A stretch of DNA of 64,000 nt, from NCBI RefSeq assembly GCF_036321535.1, contig NC_087437.1:95606001-95670000 (forward strand), given 5' to 3'. The DNA is from Camelus dromedarius (taxonomy: Eukaryota). The notes under the pieces were generated by a model. That model was given only the letters and a program-made list of their open reading frames with translations. It did no database searches and was not told the DNA's origin. Of this stretch, positions 10,180 through 23,000 are shown in pieces. The translations under genes were made by a program, and so were the position numbers. How positions within the stretch are numbered: position 1 is the stretch's first letter; each line of letters starts with the position of its first letter.

Positions 10180-10197
10180 ATCTCGCTGGGGCCTCCA
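10180..10197 (-). promoter_or_regulatory. Primer-binding site, tRNA-Thr
   Basis: Minus strand TGGAGGCCCCAGCGAGAT, 4 nt after the 5' LTR. It is complementary to the recalled 3' end of mammalian tRNA-Thr(UGU), ATCTCGCTGGGGCCT-CCA. Confidence 0.88.
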
Positions 10198-10201
10198 GAA
10201 A

Positions 10202-10652
10202 TGTTACGGAAACGACAGGCCAGTCAAGAAACAAGCACCACTCGGAGGGTTGGAGTACTCAGATGTATTATGCCGGCGGGCTCAGAGGGGCTTCTGCTCC
10301 AAAGCTCTGAGCACCTTCAAGATATGCAGATGAGGTTTTATAGGGTAAAGTACAAGCTTGGGGTATTCGGCCAATAGGCATGGAACAGCTTTAGCAGCAG
10401 CATCATCACAAAAGTGGAGGCAGGGAGGCAGCAAACCAACATTCCAAAGCCAGATGTATCTTTGAAAATCCAGCTGGCTAGCAAAAACACATAAACAGCA
10501 AACCAACACTAATTAACCTAGATTTACAAGTTAGTCTAGCAGAACTCAGATCAGTATTCCAATACTTAGACTTGTTAGCCCAGCCCAGCCTCTCCTTCAC
10601 ATTCCTAGACTTATGAGTTATCTTGTCAGACCAGCCCGGTTTTTCCTTCACA
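10202..10652 (-). mobile_element. 5' LTR of provirus
   Basis: 451 bp. TATAAAA on the minus strand at 10336-10342, CCAAT element at 10371-10375, followed by the PBS. Confidence 0.97.
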
Positions 10653-13600
10653 CTAGGTGAATCCATGTTCTTTCCATGGATGGCACTTCTTAACTAGAAT
10701 AGATACCAAAGCATCTGTGAACACGTTAGTGTGATTTCCAGCTATGCATGCGTGCATTTTTCTGGGAGAATGTGTCCACTACTTTCATTATATTCTCCAT
10801 AAGGTATGAGATCCCAACACGTATGTGTTGCTATATGCTGTATCACATGGCACCATTCTTCCTACCTCTTGTCAAAAAAAGAATACATTGAAAACAAAAC
10901 TTGAAATTTTCTCTACTATAAAATTCATAGAAAATAATATAAGTCATCCACATGTTTATTTGATAAGAATTATTCTTTTTAGGCTTGCTAATTGCTAAAA
11001 AGCAGTATCTTCTTATGTCAAGATTATTGTTTGTCTCTTAGATTGACAAATGCATGAAAAATGGGGTTTTTGTGACTCATATGACTTATGTGACTGTAGT
11101 AGTTTGGCAATTATAAGGGGAGTATTGTTTGCACAACAGAGACAAACTGTAAAACTATAAACTATAAAACTATAGCTATAGATAGACCTATCTCTCTTGA
11201 TACAATTTTTAAAAAATTTCCACCTCTTGCAATGCCAATTCCATTTTAACTTGGCTGTGCAATGAGCTTTCTGCTTTATAATATGGTAGTATGAGCTAAA
11301 AGTGAAAAAGAGAAAAGGAAGGAAGAATGAAGGAAGAGGGAAAGAAAGGAAAGGAGGGGAGGAAAAGTTGACATACAGTTTGCTGGGCAAATATGCAATA
11401 ATTTTCTAGGGAAATACAATATTGCTTTCCTAACTGAATGAACCTCTCTCTTTTCTAATAAATACTGTTCCTGCTATATCTGCTTTCATTTTCCAGTTAA
11501 GATGCATTTGAATTTAAATCTTTTTTTTTTTTTCAGTTGAGTAATCACTTAATTTGGTCAAAAAAAGAGAGTTAATAGCACATGTATTTATGTTAATCTC
11601 TAACCTCCTGACCAATACAAATGTCATTCTTTTATAATTACTTAAATTGTTCCTTTCATGTACCACGGAATCGTTCTGTATGATGAGCAAAACTCCGTTC
11701 TCTGCTATGTTAATTCACAGCTAAACTTCACCAGACTTCATCCAGTCCTCTAGGATGTAGTCCCCGTCATTGCTTTGTATTTACCAGCTCCCGCCCCTTC
11801 TCTTTGGCTTTTAAAATTCTTTTATATTATTGTACATTAATTATTTAATGTCTGTGTCCCACAACTAAAATAGTAAGCCTTTGAAGTTCAGAGCTATATC
11901 TTGTTTATCTTTATGTCCATAGCATAGTCCAAGTCACATGGTAAGTGCTGATGAATTGTTTTGTAGAAAACTTTTATTATTTATATTGAATAAGGGAACT
12001 CTACAAAGTCTATTAATTTTAAAGCATTCAACATTTATAAACGATACTTCGTGGTGCAAAATATGCATGCCCTGGCTACTCTCTGGGATTCCAATTTAGT
12101 CATTTAGAACAGAATTTAATGTCCGTATTTATATTAAGCCCATAGGCAATTCTGAGGCATCTCAACTTTGGGGTAAAACCGGGTTGTGTGTTCTCAAAGT
12201 CTCTCACAATATTATGAATATGTTTTTCTTAAGTGACTTTAAAGTTGTACACAGTATAATGAATCCCTGATTTGTCAACCTCTAATAATTTGCTAAGACC
12301 ATTATGAGTTTCAGTATTTGGTTCCTCAAAATACTAATTTTTAGTCTGGGAACATTACCAATTTTAAGAAGTATGTTCACTTTTTCATACTTAATCATTT
12401 TAAAATATTTTAAAATAGGCTACTGTGCTAATTAACATTCTGTGAAATAATCAAGATTTGCAGTTGTTCCCTACTGGCAACAGAGATGTCCCCTTGGGAT
12501 GATTTGGGTTGTCATACATTTAGTGTTGCAGGGTCAGTGATGATAAATTCCTGCTGTGCTTGGGGCAGTCCTGTATGATCCAGACTTGTCCATTTCAAAA
12601 TATCGATGGTTTTCGCTTTGAGAAATAATATTAGAATAGTTCTAATTAAAGAGAAGTGATGATTGGATATGCCAACAAAAGTAGATGAAAGGAATCAGAA
12701 GTCTAGTAGAAAAGGCATTGTTATTTTTTATTGAACTCTACATATGCTCTGAGGAAAGGACATGTTAAAACAATATGAGTGATATGTCCTGCTTTCTGTA
12801 TTCACTCATATGAATCTTAGAGAAAATTTATTTCTGAAGTGGGCTTTTTCTGACCATATCTCAAAATCATTGCAAACACACAGACATTGTGCCAAATTTT
12901 TATGTGTATTACCTCATTCGATCCTCATAATAATATTCCCAATATACGGATTAATAAACCAAGACCAAAGAGAACATTATTATTGTTTTAATTTGGGGGG
13001 AGAAGAAATAATTTACATAAGTTCACACAGCTTGTACACAGCAGAACTAGAGAATTAAATGCCCAAATCTGACTGTGCTGCCAGAATTTGTAGGGTTCTG
13101 GGTGGCAAGAAAAACAAAACAAAACAAAACCAATCCTGGCTGAAAAAGCAAGAAAAATTATAACTTGATGGATATAAGGTAAACTTGCAGCATCCATTAG
13201 AAGGCTGTAGAATCAGGCTCAGAATTTGGACTTGAACCAAGGGAGACTAGGCTGATAAGAAAAGAGCCAAGATCAGGTCTTTGGCACAAAAGCCACTGTC
13301 ACAGGACATGTAGCCACCACTGCTACAGGGTAGACGATGACAGCTCACAGTTGGATTCTCAACACTGCCACCACCCCTGTGAATTTTCTGTCTCTCTTTG
13401 TGCCTTTGTTTTATTGTTTTAGAATTCAAAATCCCAGGTATGAGTACCAAGTTTGCTGATCCAATGTCCTCAAGCTTTCAGAGCAAAAAGGGAAGTAGAT
13501 GAATACCTCCACTCTTCAGCTTTTAAGTTCTTTAAGTGTGTGACAGGGATTTACTTGCCACTAATATGGTGTTTCCCCCAGAGAGACAGTGTTAGAATAC

Positions 13601-13924
13601 TGGCATTCTTCACATCCTAAATAATGCAGTAGTATTGGGTTAGTTGTGGACAAATGGATTTCTCTTATATTCTTCAGTCATTCTTCCGCGTTTTCCCATT
13701 AGTTTTTAAATGCACATAAATATGTCAGCAGACTCCTCTGTGAGAACAAGTTGTATTACAAACTTTTGTACTGAAATAGGTTGTTTGAAGCACAAAACAG
13801 GGAAGGGCAATAAATTACGTAGGTCAATTCACAAATGTCTACTTAATCCTAATGCAGTTATTATGTCAAATTTTTTTATGTGTGTGATGATCACAGGTAG
13901 TTTCTTTTCCACATACTCTCTTAG

Positions 13925-14430
13925 CTATGTAGTTTTCAAACTTCTTTGCCTCATGACCCCTTTAAAATGTTGAGGACCACAAAGGGCTTGTGTATATATA
14001 GGTTATATTTATCAAAAGTCACTATGTTAGAAATTAAAAATGAGACCTCATTGGAAGGAAATAATAATAAACTCTGTATATTTAATATAAATGACACATT
14101 TTGGGAAATTTTTGAATAGTTTTTGGAAACAAAAAGTAAGTCCTGAGGTGTGTGGCATTTTAAAAAATATTTCAGAAAAGCTCTTTACTGTCTAAATTAA
14201 TAAAAGATACCATTCTGGATTATATCTGCTTCTGCATTTAATCTGTTGTGATAGCATATATCACATAGCTTCTAGGAAAAGTCCATTATAAACTCATGAC
14301 AGAATGATTCTGAAAAAGGCAACTAATTCTTAGTAGTAGCATTATCTAAAGAGTTTTGATCTCATGGACCCCCTAAAAGATGTGGGGAGCCACAAAGGGT
14401 TCCTGGACCACTTTGCAAACTGCTGTTTCA
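13925..14430. mobile_element. hAT-Charlie-type DNA transposon remnant
   Basis: Ends resemble hAT TIRs (TAGTTTTCAAACT... / ...CACTTTGCAAACTGCTG) with CATGACCCC/CATGGACCCC subterminal motifs. Confidence 0.6.
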
Positions 14431-15059
14431 GCTGAACAGTTATGGTGGGGGGATTATATGCATTGCTATCTCCAATTTGTAGAATAAAAGCATAATAATT
14501 TTTAAATGCTCTTTATTTAAATACTGTTTTTTAATTTTCAAATTAATTTCACATATAATTTTTTTAAGCCTTATACTAACACTGTTAAGTGGACAAGAGA
14601 TAGTATTATCCCCATTTTACAGATAAGGGAAATGAGAGAAGTTTAAAACTTGCCCAGCATTAGTTAGCTTTTAAGCATAAAAGCAGGAATCAGAACCAGG
14701 GCTTTTGGCTCCTGAATCAGGATATTTTCTATACAGCATATTAAAATGACTAATGGTATGTCAAGTTTTTCCCAGAATAATTCTTAACTGATTCTATGGG
14801 AAAGTGTAGGTTCCCATGTAATCTATGTTCCATTTTGTGATCACGGTACAAAACAAGGAACGTTACTCGCCATCTGATTCTACATGATTAAGTCATTAGC
14901 CACTGCAGTTGCTGATATACAGTACATCCTGAAAGGGATTTTTGACAAAGAACATCATCGGCACTCTGTGCTTTGAGAAATAGGCAAAGTAGACCCTTAG
15001 ATGGTTAAATATATTTCAGGAAAAATATGTTTATGAACCTGGATTCTTGCATCTTCCCA

Positions 15060-15317
15060 TACTTAGAAAAGTACTAAAATTATTAACTGACGTATCTATT
15101 CCTTGTGACTAGCAGTAACCTTCTACCAAGATGTTTGCTGGATTGCATGTACTCCTTAGCCCAAATCATCATAAATACTGGCCTCTGCCCCTACCTCTTT
15201 GAGGCAGTTCCCCAGAGCTAACTTAGAGGCTATCTCCCGGACTATGGTCTTCCATAAGGTTTCCGAATAAAAAGGAACTCACAGCTCTCAAGTTGTGCAT
15301 TTTTATTTCAATCGACA
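15060..15317 (+). mobile_element. ERV1-type LTR fragment
   Basis: TATA-like CATAAATA, AATAAA at ~15266 and an LTR-like end TTTCAATCGACA. Confidence 0.55.
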
Positions 15318-16172
15318 GTGGTAATAGGAAGGTGGTGGTGGTAGTTCCTTCAAAGGGAATGGAAGTCTTGGAATCGGTGATGCAGCTGGAAAATGCTGGT
15401 GTTTTATTGGAAGTGTGCAGCTGGACCTAGGAGGAGTTAATTTTTTTAGACAGTGAGTGCATGTATGGTGCTTTCTTCTTCCAGGTGTTTAGAACTAGGA
15501 AACAAAACAGCCTAGGCTTTGAAAATTTTTAGACTTAAGAGTTTTCAGACATATCCCACAACAGGTTTCTCTTAATTGTTGTAAATTGGGAAGTGACAGT
15601 GTTTTCTTGTAAAGAAAAAATGAAAGCTTCATGAGGCAATGACTGCCTCTTTTATTTACCTCTGATCTCTAAAGCTTAAACCAGAGAACTCAGTTGTCAT
15701 TTGCTTCGTAAATGAGGGAAGGATATTTGTAACAGTCCATCTACTTTCCTCTATGGAAGGAGAGTAAATGTGATTTAACCTCTCTAGCCAACCCAACTGC
15801 TGAGTATAAGATTTGTCAATTAGAGGGCTGTTTGACCTGCTGTCAGCTAAGCCACACCTCCCTTTTACTCTGAAAGGCTTTACAAAAGGTGGTGACCCCA
15901 GGATAATTAACAATTCTGTTGATACCTAATTGGTTTCAAGAGCTTTGCATATACCTAGAGAGAGTGAATAGGCTATCCCTTTCCTTTCCTTTTAAAATAC
16001 AGGTTTCACTCTCTCACATTATGAATTAACCAAATAAAAGTGAAAATGAAGATTAGAATGACACCCTGTCTTCTCTGTCACTCTCAGTTCTCAGGAATAT
16101 AGCTGAAACAGTCAACTGGTGGTGAATAGGCTTTGGCATCTGAATTCTGGGTTGATTTATTTACTTGTAGAA

Positions 16173-16244
16173 TGTGTGTGTGTGTGTGAGAGTGTGTGCG
16201 CGTGCGCGCGCGCACGCATATGCGTGCACGCATGCACGTGTGCG
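16173..16244. repeat. Compound (TG)n/(CG)n alternating purine-pyrimidine tract
   Basis: TGTGTG...GCGCGTGCGCGCGCGCACGCATATGCGTGCACGCATGCACGTGTGCG. Confidence 0.9.
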
Positions 16245-16648
16245 GCCTGTAAAATATGCCTATGTTGAAGTTGTCTTTCAGATGATAATTAAGCCATACT
16301 AACAGGGACTGTATTTTTCTCTCAATTTTATAAATATTACCAGAAACTAATAAATACTGGACATAACAGAAATATAATAGAACATTTTTAATCTGTAATG
16401 TCATATTGACATTAAAGAGGGAAAAATCTATAGGAAAAGAAAACATGTCCCTATGAGATTCTATTAGAAGAGTAAAATATGCCTTAGGGAAAGAGTCTTA
16501 GAGTTATTCTATGAAAGTAATCAAAAAATATTCCATGAGAATTATTCTTAAGAATTAAAGATTCTATTCCACACTTAGCAAACCTGAAAAACAGAATGTG
16601 TATATATGAAGAATCTTGATAGTAAGCTAAAATATTTCCATGTTTTTA

Positions 16649-19600
16649 TTTTTTTATTAAAAAATTTGACATGTAGTTGATTTACCATATTGTGTTAGTT
16701 TCAGGTATAGCAAAGTGATTCAGTTATATAGATGTATGTATATTTTTCAGATTTGCCACTATAGGTTATTACAGGATATTGAAGATAGTTTCCTGTGCTA
16801 TCCAGTAAATCCTTTTTGCTTATCTGTTTTATCTATAGTAGCTCGTCTCTGTTAATCCCATACTCTTAATTCATCCCCCCATCCCTTTCCCCTTTGGTAA
16901 CCATAAGTTTGTTTTCTATGTCTGTGAATATGTTTCTGTTTTGTATCTAGGTTCATTTATATTATTTTTTAGATTCCTTATATAAGTGATATCATATACT
17001 ATTTGTCTTACTCTGTCTGACTAACTTTACTTAGTTTGATATTCTCTAGGTCTACCCATGTTGCTGCAAATGTCAATATTTCATTCTTTTTTATGGCTGG
17101 GTAATATTCCATTGTATATATACACCGTATCTTCTTAAACCAATCATTTGTTAATGGGCACTTGGGTTGTTTCCATGCCTTGGCTATTGTAAGTAGTGTA
17201 GCTATGAACATAGGGTACATACATCTTTTCGAATTAGAGTTTTAGTCTTTTCTGGATATATGCCTGGGATGGGATTGCTGGATCATATAGTAGCTCTAAT
17301 TTTAAAGGAAACTTCATACTGTTTTCCATAATGGCTAAACCAATTTACATTCCTACCAACAGTGTAGGAGGGTTCCCTTTTCTCCACACTCTCTCTAGTA
17401 TTTATTAGTAGACATTTTGATGACAGCTATTCTGATCAAGGTGGGTGACACCTTTTGTGGTTTTGATTTGCATAACTCTAATAATTAGCAATATTGATCA
17501 TCTTTTCATGTGCCTGTTGTTCATCTGTATGTCTTCTTTGGAGACATATCTGTTTACATTTCCTGCCCATTTGTTGGTTTGTTTTTTGTTTTTTTTTTTT
17601 GATGTTGAGTTGTATGAGCTGTTTTTATATTTAAGATATTAAACTCTTGTCAATTGCATTGTTTATAAATATTTTCTTCCAGTCTTTAGGTTGTCTTTTC
17701 ATTTTGTTTATGGTTTCCTTTGCTGTAAAAAAGGTTGTAAGTTTAACTAATCCCCATTTGTTTATTTTTGCTTTTGTTTCTGTTGCCTTGGGCAACTGAT
17801 CTAAGAAAACATTGCCATGATTATGTCAGAGGATGTTTTGCCTATGTTCTCTTCTAGAATTTTTATAGTGTCATATTTTATATTTAAGTCTTTATGCCGT
17901 TTTGAGTTTATTTTTGTGAATGGTGTGAGGGAATGTTCTAACGTCATTGATTTACATGCAGCTGTCCAGCTTTCCCAACACCACTTGCCAAAGAGACTGT
18001 CTTTTCTCCATTGTATATTTTTGCTTCTTTTGTTAATTGACCATAGGTGTGTGGGTTCATTTCTGGGCTCTCTATTCTGTTCCATTGACACTTATGTCTG
18101 TTTTTGTGCCAATACCATGCTGTTTTGAGTACTGTAGCTCTGTAGTATTGTCTGAGGTGTGGGAGGGTTATTCCTCCAGCTTCGTTCCTTTCCCTCAAGA
18201 TTACTTTGGCAATTCTGGATCTTTTGTGGTTCCATATAAATTTTAGGATTATTAGTTCTAGTTCTGTGAAAAATGTCATGAGTATTTTGATCAGGATCTT
18301 ATTAAATCTGTAGATTGCTTTGGTAGTTATGGCCATTTAACAATATTAATTCTTCCAGTCCAAGAACATGGGATATCTTTTCATTTCTTTAAATTATATT
18401 CAATATCCTTTATCAATGTTTTATAGTTTTTTGTATATAGGTCTTTCACCTCCTTGATTAAGTTTATTCCTAGGTATTTTTTTAACTCATTTTAAACAGG
18501 ATTTTTTTTTTTTTTTTTACTTTCTCTTTCTGATATTTCATTGTTAGTATAAAGAAATGCAACAAATTTCTATATATCAGTCTTGTTACCTTGCTGACTT
18601 CATTTGTCAGTTCTAATAGTTTTTGTGTGGAGTCTTTAGGGGTCTCCATATAAAGTGTCATGTCATCTGCATATAGTGATAGTTTTACCTCAGCTCTTCT
18701 ATTGGGATACCTTTTATTTCTCTTTCTTGTCTGATTACTGTGGCTAGGACTTCCAATGTTATGTTGAGTAGAAGAGAGGAGAATGGGCATACTTGTCTTG
18801 TTCCTGAAGCAGAGGGAAGGCTTTAAGCTTTTCATCATTTAGTATTATGTTGGCTATGAGTTTGTCATAAATAGACTTTATTGAGATATGTTCCCTCTAT
18901 ACCCACTTTGGTTAGAGTTTTTATCATGAATAAATGTTGAATTTTATCAAATGTCTTTTCTGCATCTATTGAGACAATCATGTGGTCTTTGTCTTTCCTT
19001 TTTTTTTAATGTGGTGTATCACGTTGATTGATTTGCATATATTGAACTATCTGTGTGACCTTGATATGAATCCAACTTGATCATGGTGTGTGATCCTTTT
19101 AATGTATTGTTGGATTCAATTTGTTAAATTTTTGTTAAAGACTTTTGCATCTATATTCATTGAAGATGTTGGTCTATAATTTTCCTTTTTTGCAGTGTTC
19201 TTGTCTGGCTTTGGTATCAGGGTGATAGTGGCTTCCTAGGATGACTTTGGGAGTATTCCCTCCTCTTCAATCCTTTAGAATATTTTGGGAAGGATAGGTG
19301 TTAAGTTCTTTGTGTGTCTGGTAGAATTACTTAGTGAAGCCATCCAGTCCTGGACTTTTGTTTGCAGGGAGTATTTTGTATTACAGATTCTATTTCACTT
19401 CTAGTGATCAGTCTGTTCAAATTACCTGTTTCTTTGTGACTCAATTTTGGTAGGATATATGTTTCTAGAAATCTGTCCTTTTCTTCTTCTAGGTTGTCCA
19501 ATTTATTGGCGTATGAACTGTTCATAGTATTCTCTTATGATTTTTTTGTATTTCTGCAGTATTGCTTGTTATTTATCCTCTTCGATATCTTATTTTGTTT

Positions 19601-20025
19601 ATTTGTGTTCTCTCTCTTTTGTTCTTGGTGAGCCTGGCTAGACGATTGTTGATGTTGTTTATCTTTTCAGAAAACCCAGCTCTTGGTTTTATTGATCTTT
19701 TCTATTATATTTTGACCTCTATTTCATTTATTTTCATTTTTACTATTCCCTTCCTTCTGCTAATTTTAGATTTTGTTTGTTCTTCTTCTTATAGGTGGTA
19801 GATTAGGTTGTTTGAGATTTTTCTTATTTCTTGAGGAAGGCCTGTATTGCTACAAACTTCCCTCTTAGAACTGCTTTTGCTCCATCCCATACATTTTGTA
19901 AGGTTGTGTTTTCATCGTCATTTGTCTTGAGATATTTTCTGATTTCCTCTTTGGTGTCATCATTGACCCATTGGTTTTTTAGTAGCATGTTGTGTAGTGT
20001 CCATTTGATCATTTTTTCCCGTTTG
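16649..20025 (-). mobile_element. 5'-truncated L1 (ORF2 remnant plus 3' UTR)
   Basis: ORF2 fragments in the track (LLKNQWV...[45 protein letters not shown]). T-rich tail at left; ~15-bp TSD ATTT(C/T)CATGTTTTTA at 16634-16648 and 20026-20040. Confidence 0.95.
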
Positions 20026-23000
20026 ATTTTCATGTTTTTAGATAGTCAGTTTCACAATAAGTCATTTTTCATACCCACATAAACTCAAAGAACATTAGTG
20101 CTGAACAGGGGTACTTGAGTCTGCAACATTCTTTCATTTATACACAGTGTATTGGTTGAGAGTGCAACCCTGGTACTAAACTGTCTGGATTTTAATCCAG
20201 ACTCCAGGACAAAGTAGCTTTGGACTCAGGAAATTGAAAAAGAAAATTCCCAGTGCCAATGGTCCCTAATCTGTAATATGGAACAATAGTAATACTCATC
20301 TCATTACTTGAAAGATTAAATGATTTAATGACTATAAAGAGGTAAGTGCTCAGTAAATGTTAGAAATTATTATTATTCACAGAAAGGGTCCCAAAGAAAT
20401 GAAGAGCTTTCCCCCCACTTATTTAGTGGCAAGGGCAGATTCAGACCCAGTTCTTTTAACATTTTTGCCAAAGACAATCCCATTACTCCAGGGCCACAAA
20501 CAGCTAGAGCCAAACAGCTCTATTAATTTTAAAGTCAAGATAAAAAAAGATTTTCCCCAAACCAAACTTTTTTGTTTACCTGTCCTATTCTTTCTTATCC
20601 CTCTTCATATGTGTATTCTTGAATTCGCCTAATTTGGAAAGTCACACACACACATTCACACTCTGGTATCTTGAAAAGAGAATGTCCGTTCAATAAATAT
20701 TGTTGATTGAATCCAAATGAGGTAATCTCGATCTCTGTGGTCTTGACATATGAGGCAAAAAACCAAAAAACAAACAAACAAAAAACATGGGGCCTTTTTT
20801 ATGAGCAGAAAGCCCACTTCTAGAAAATAATCTCCTGTTAACTTATTTTCATATAATCTCCAAAACACAGACTGGATTCATAAGCAGTTTAGTCAATAAC
20901 AATTGTTTTCAGTAAGCTATGCCTATAATTTCTTGTTAATCATCTGTGATTTCATTGTTGTTGAAAATGAGAATTATTTGATCCAATAAGTATATATTAT
21001 ATATTTCTGTAGTAGAGTGGGAAAGATTAAAATTAACATTTTTGATGTGTCAAGAATTTGATAATGCCAGCTCATTTAACCTTCAGAACAACTCTCTGAG
21101 TTGCTAGTAATAACACATACTACTGTGTGTGCATATACCATGTTTTGGCACTAATGCTAAGTACCTAACACTCATAGCAATTAATCTTCATAACAACACT
21201 TTAAAGGAGATCCCATAGTCATTTCCATTTTATAGAGGAGGAACCACTGCCCTAAGAAGTTACGTAATCAGCCCTTGCTCTTACAGTGGCAAAGTGCATA
21301 TCTTTTTGCATACATTCCGCCTGCGTAGCTCTTAGCATCTAGCCTAGTACCTGGCATCTAACATGATGCCTGACTCATACTAGACAAACCATAAATATTT
21401 GTGGAGTAAGTCGTTATGAGAAATAGTATGGTTTGAAAAGAACAGGAAATTTGGTTTCAGACAGCACTGGTTAAAATCCCTGCTTCAGTGCTTCTAATTA
21501 ACTACCATTATGTTGTTTTATCATTTCTGCAACTTGGTTCCATTTATCTAAAATGGGCTTAACTGTAGACGTGTTAAGTTGTGAGGAAAAGTGCATTTAC
21601 AGTGCTTAGCCTAGTGCCTCTGTATCTTTAGTAGATACTCAGTTGTAATTGCCATTGTGTATGTGTATAGGCATCGATATCAAATGCACTAAATATGTTT
21701 CATACATTATCATAATGATGCAAAGAGGCTAGCAAAATTGATCGGTAAGAATTTCTTATTGCTCATCTTTTACTGTCTCTTAACTACTGAGCTTTTGTTC
21801 TAAGTTTCATTATTCCCTATATAAGCTTTATTTTCATCCAATAAAAAATATTATCCTTTGGGTTTGAACTGTCTTCTCTAAATTATAAGAAAAACAGTAT
21901 CATAGTCACTTCTACAGTAAAGCATTACCAATTATATTAAGTACGTAAAATGTATTTAATGAATTTTTGTGGGAAAGATATATGAAGTTTCACAGAAATC
22001 TTTAAAAGAAAAATGTATTTATACTACTTATAAATATATGCATTTATAAATTAAATTGTACATTAGATAAATGCATTAAAATATATTTATAAATTAGAAG
22101 ATTGACATATGCTGAGTATTGATGATGGAAGTATTTCCTAGAACTAGTCTGCCCATTTTGTAATAAATGTGTTTAATAATCAGTTAATTCATCCTTATTT
22201 ATGATATTTAAATTACTAATAGCTTGTAAATTTGTAGAGCATATCATATAATCATTACATTTCCTTCCCTTGTTTAAACTAATAATGCTGTCTATTGATT
22301 TAGCCAGCTAAGTGATTATTTGAGGACTTAGATATTTATTGGAATAAATGTTGAGCTCATGCTGAGGTTGTTTAAAAGTGAAACATTCTGTTGAAACACC
22401 TAGATGCAGAATAGGTAGGTATTTTAAGTTAATTCTGAAAGAAGTCTCTTTTAGACAAACATCTTGTTATTCTTTCCTATTACATGTGGATCAGAGTTAC
22501 CCTTTATCCCTCTGGCAATTCCAGCAAATGTTCTAAGTGCCTACATTCATTTCTTACTATTTTCTGCTTCTCATTAGTGAACAGTTCTCAGTATATCAGA
22601 GTACATGGAATATTTTGTACTGAGTAGCTCTTGTTACCAAGTCTTCTGAGGATTTTTTGACATTCAAAATGATGTTCTACTGCAACACTGAAATCTTTTT
22701 CTTTATGTCAGATTCCCAGTGTATAAATTACATAGTTAAAAATGAGATCTCCAACGTGTTAGGATTTCATTCTCTACAGACATTTTGTAACATTAAAAAA
22801 AAAAAACTTTCAGAATACAATGTACAATGTCTGATACATATTGTCTTTGGAAAAATAAGCTTAGGAGAAAATCATTTTATTCAGCTTTGCTACGATATTT
22901 GATATATTAAAAAGCCTTTAAACTCTCTTTTCCTATGCTAAGTTTAACCTTCATTCAATTCTTTGTATAGTCATTCACTTATTCACTTGATTCATTTGCC

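Larger units (their letters stand above)
5445..10652 (-). mobile_element. Endogenous retrovirus, class I (gamma-like), internally deleted two-LTR provirus
   Basis: Two 451-bp LTRs, CTAG at both 5441-5444 and 10653-10656 (4-bp TSD), PBS, PPT, and gag/pro/RNase H-IN/env remnants in retroviral order on the minus strand. Confidence 0.98.

Noticed and set aside
11679..11760. ATGATGA as a C/D snoRNA C box
   Set aside because: No suitably placed CTGA D box or terminal stem.
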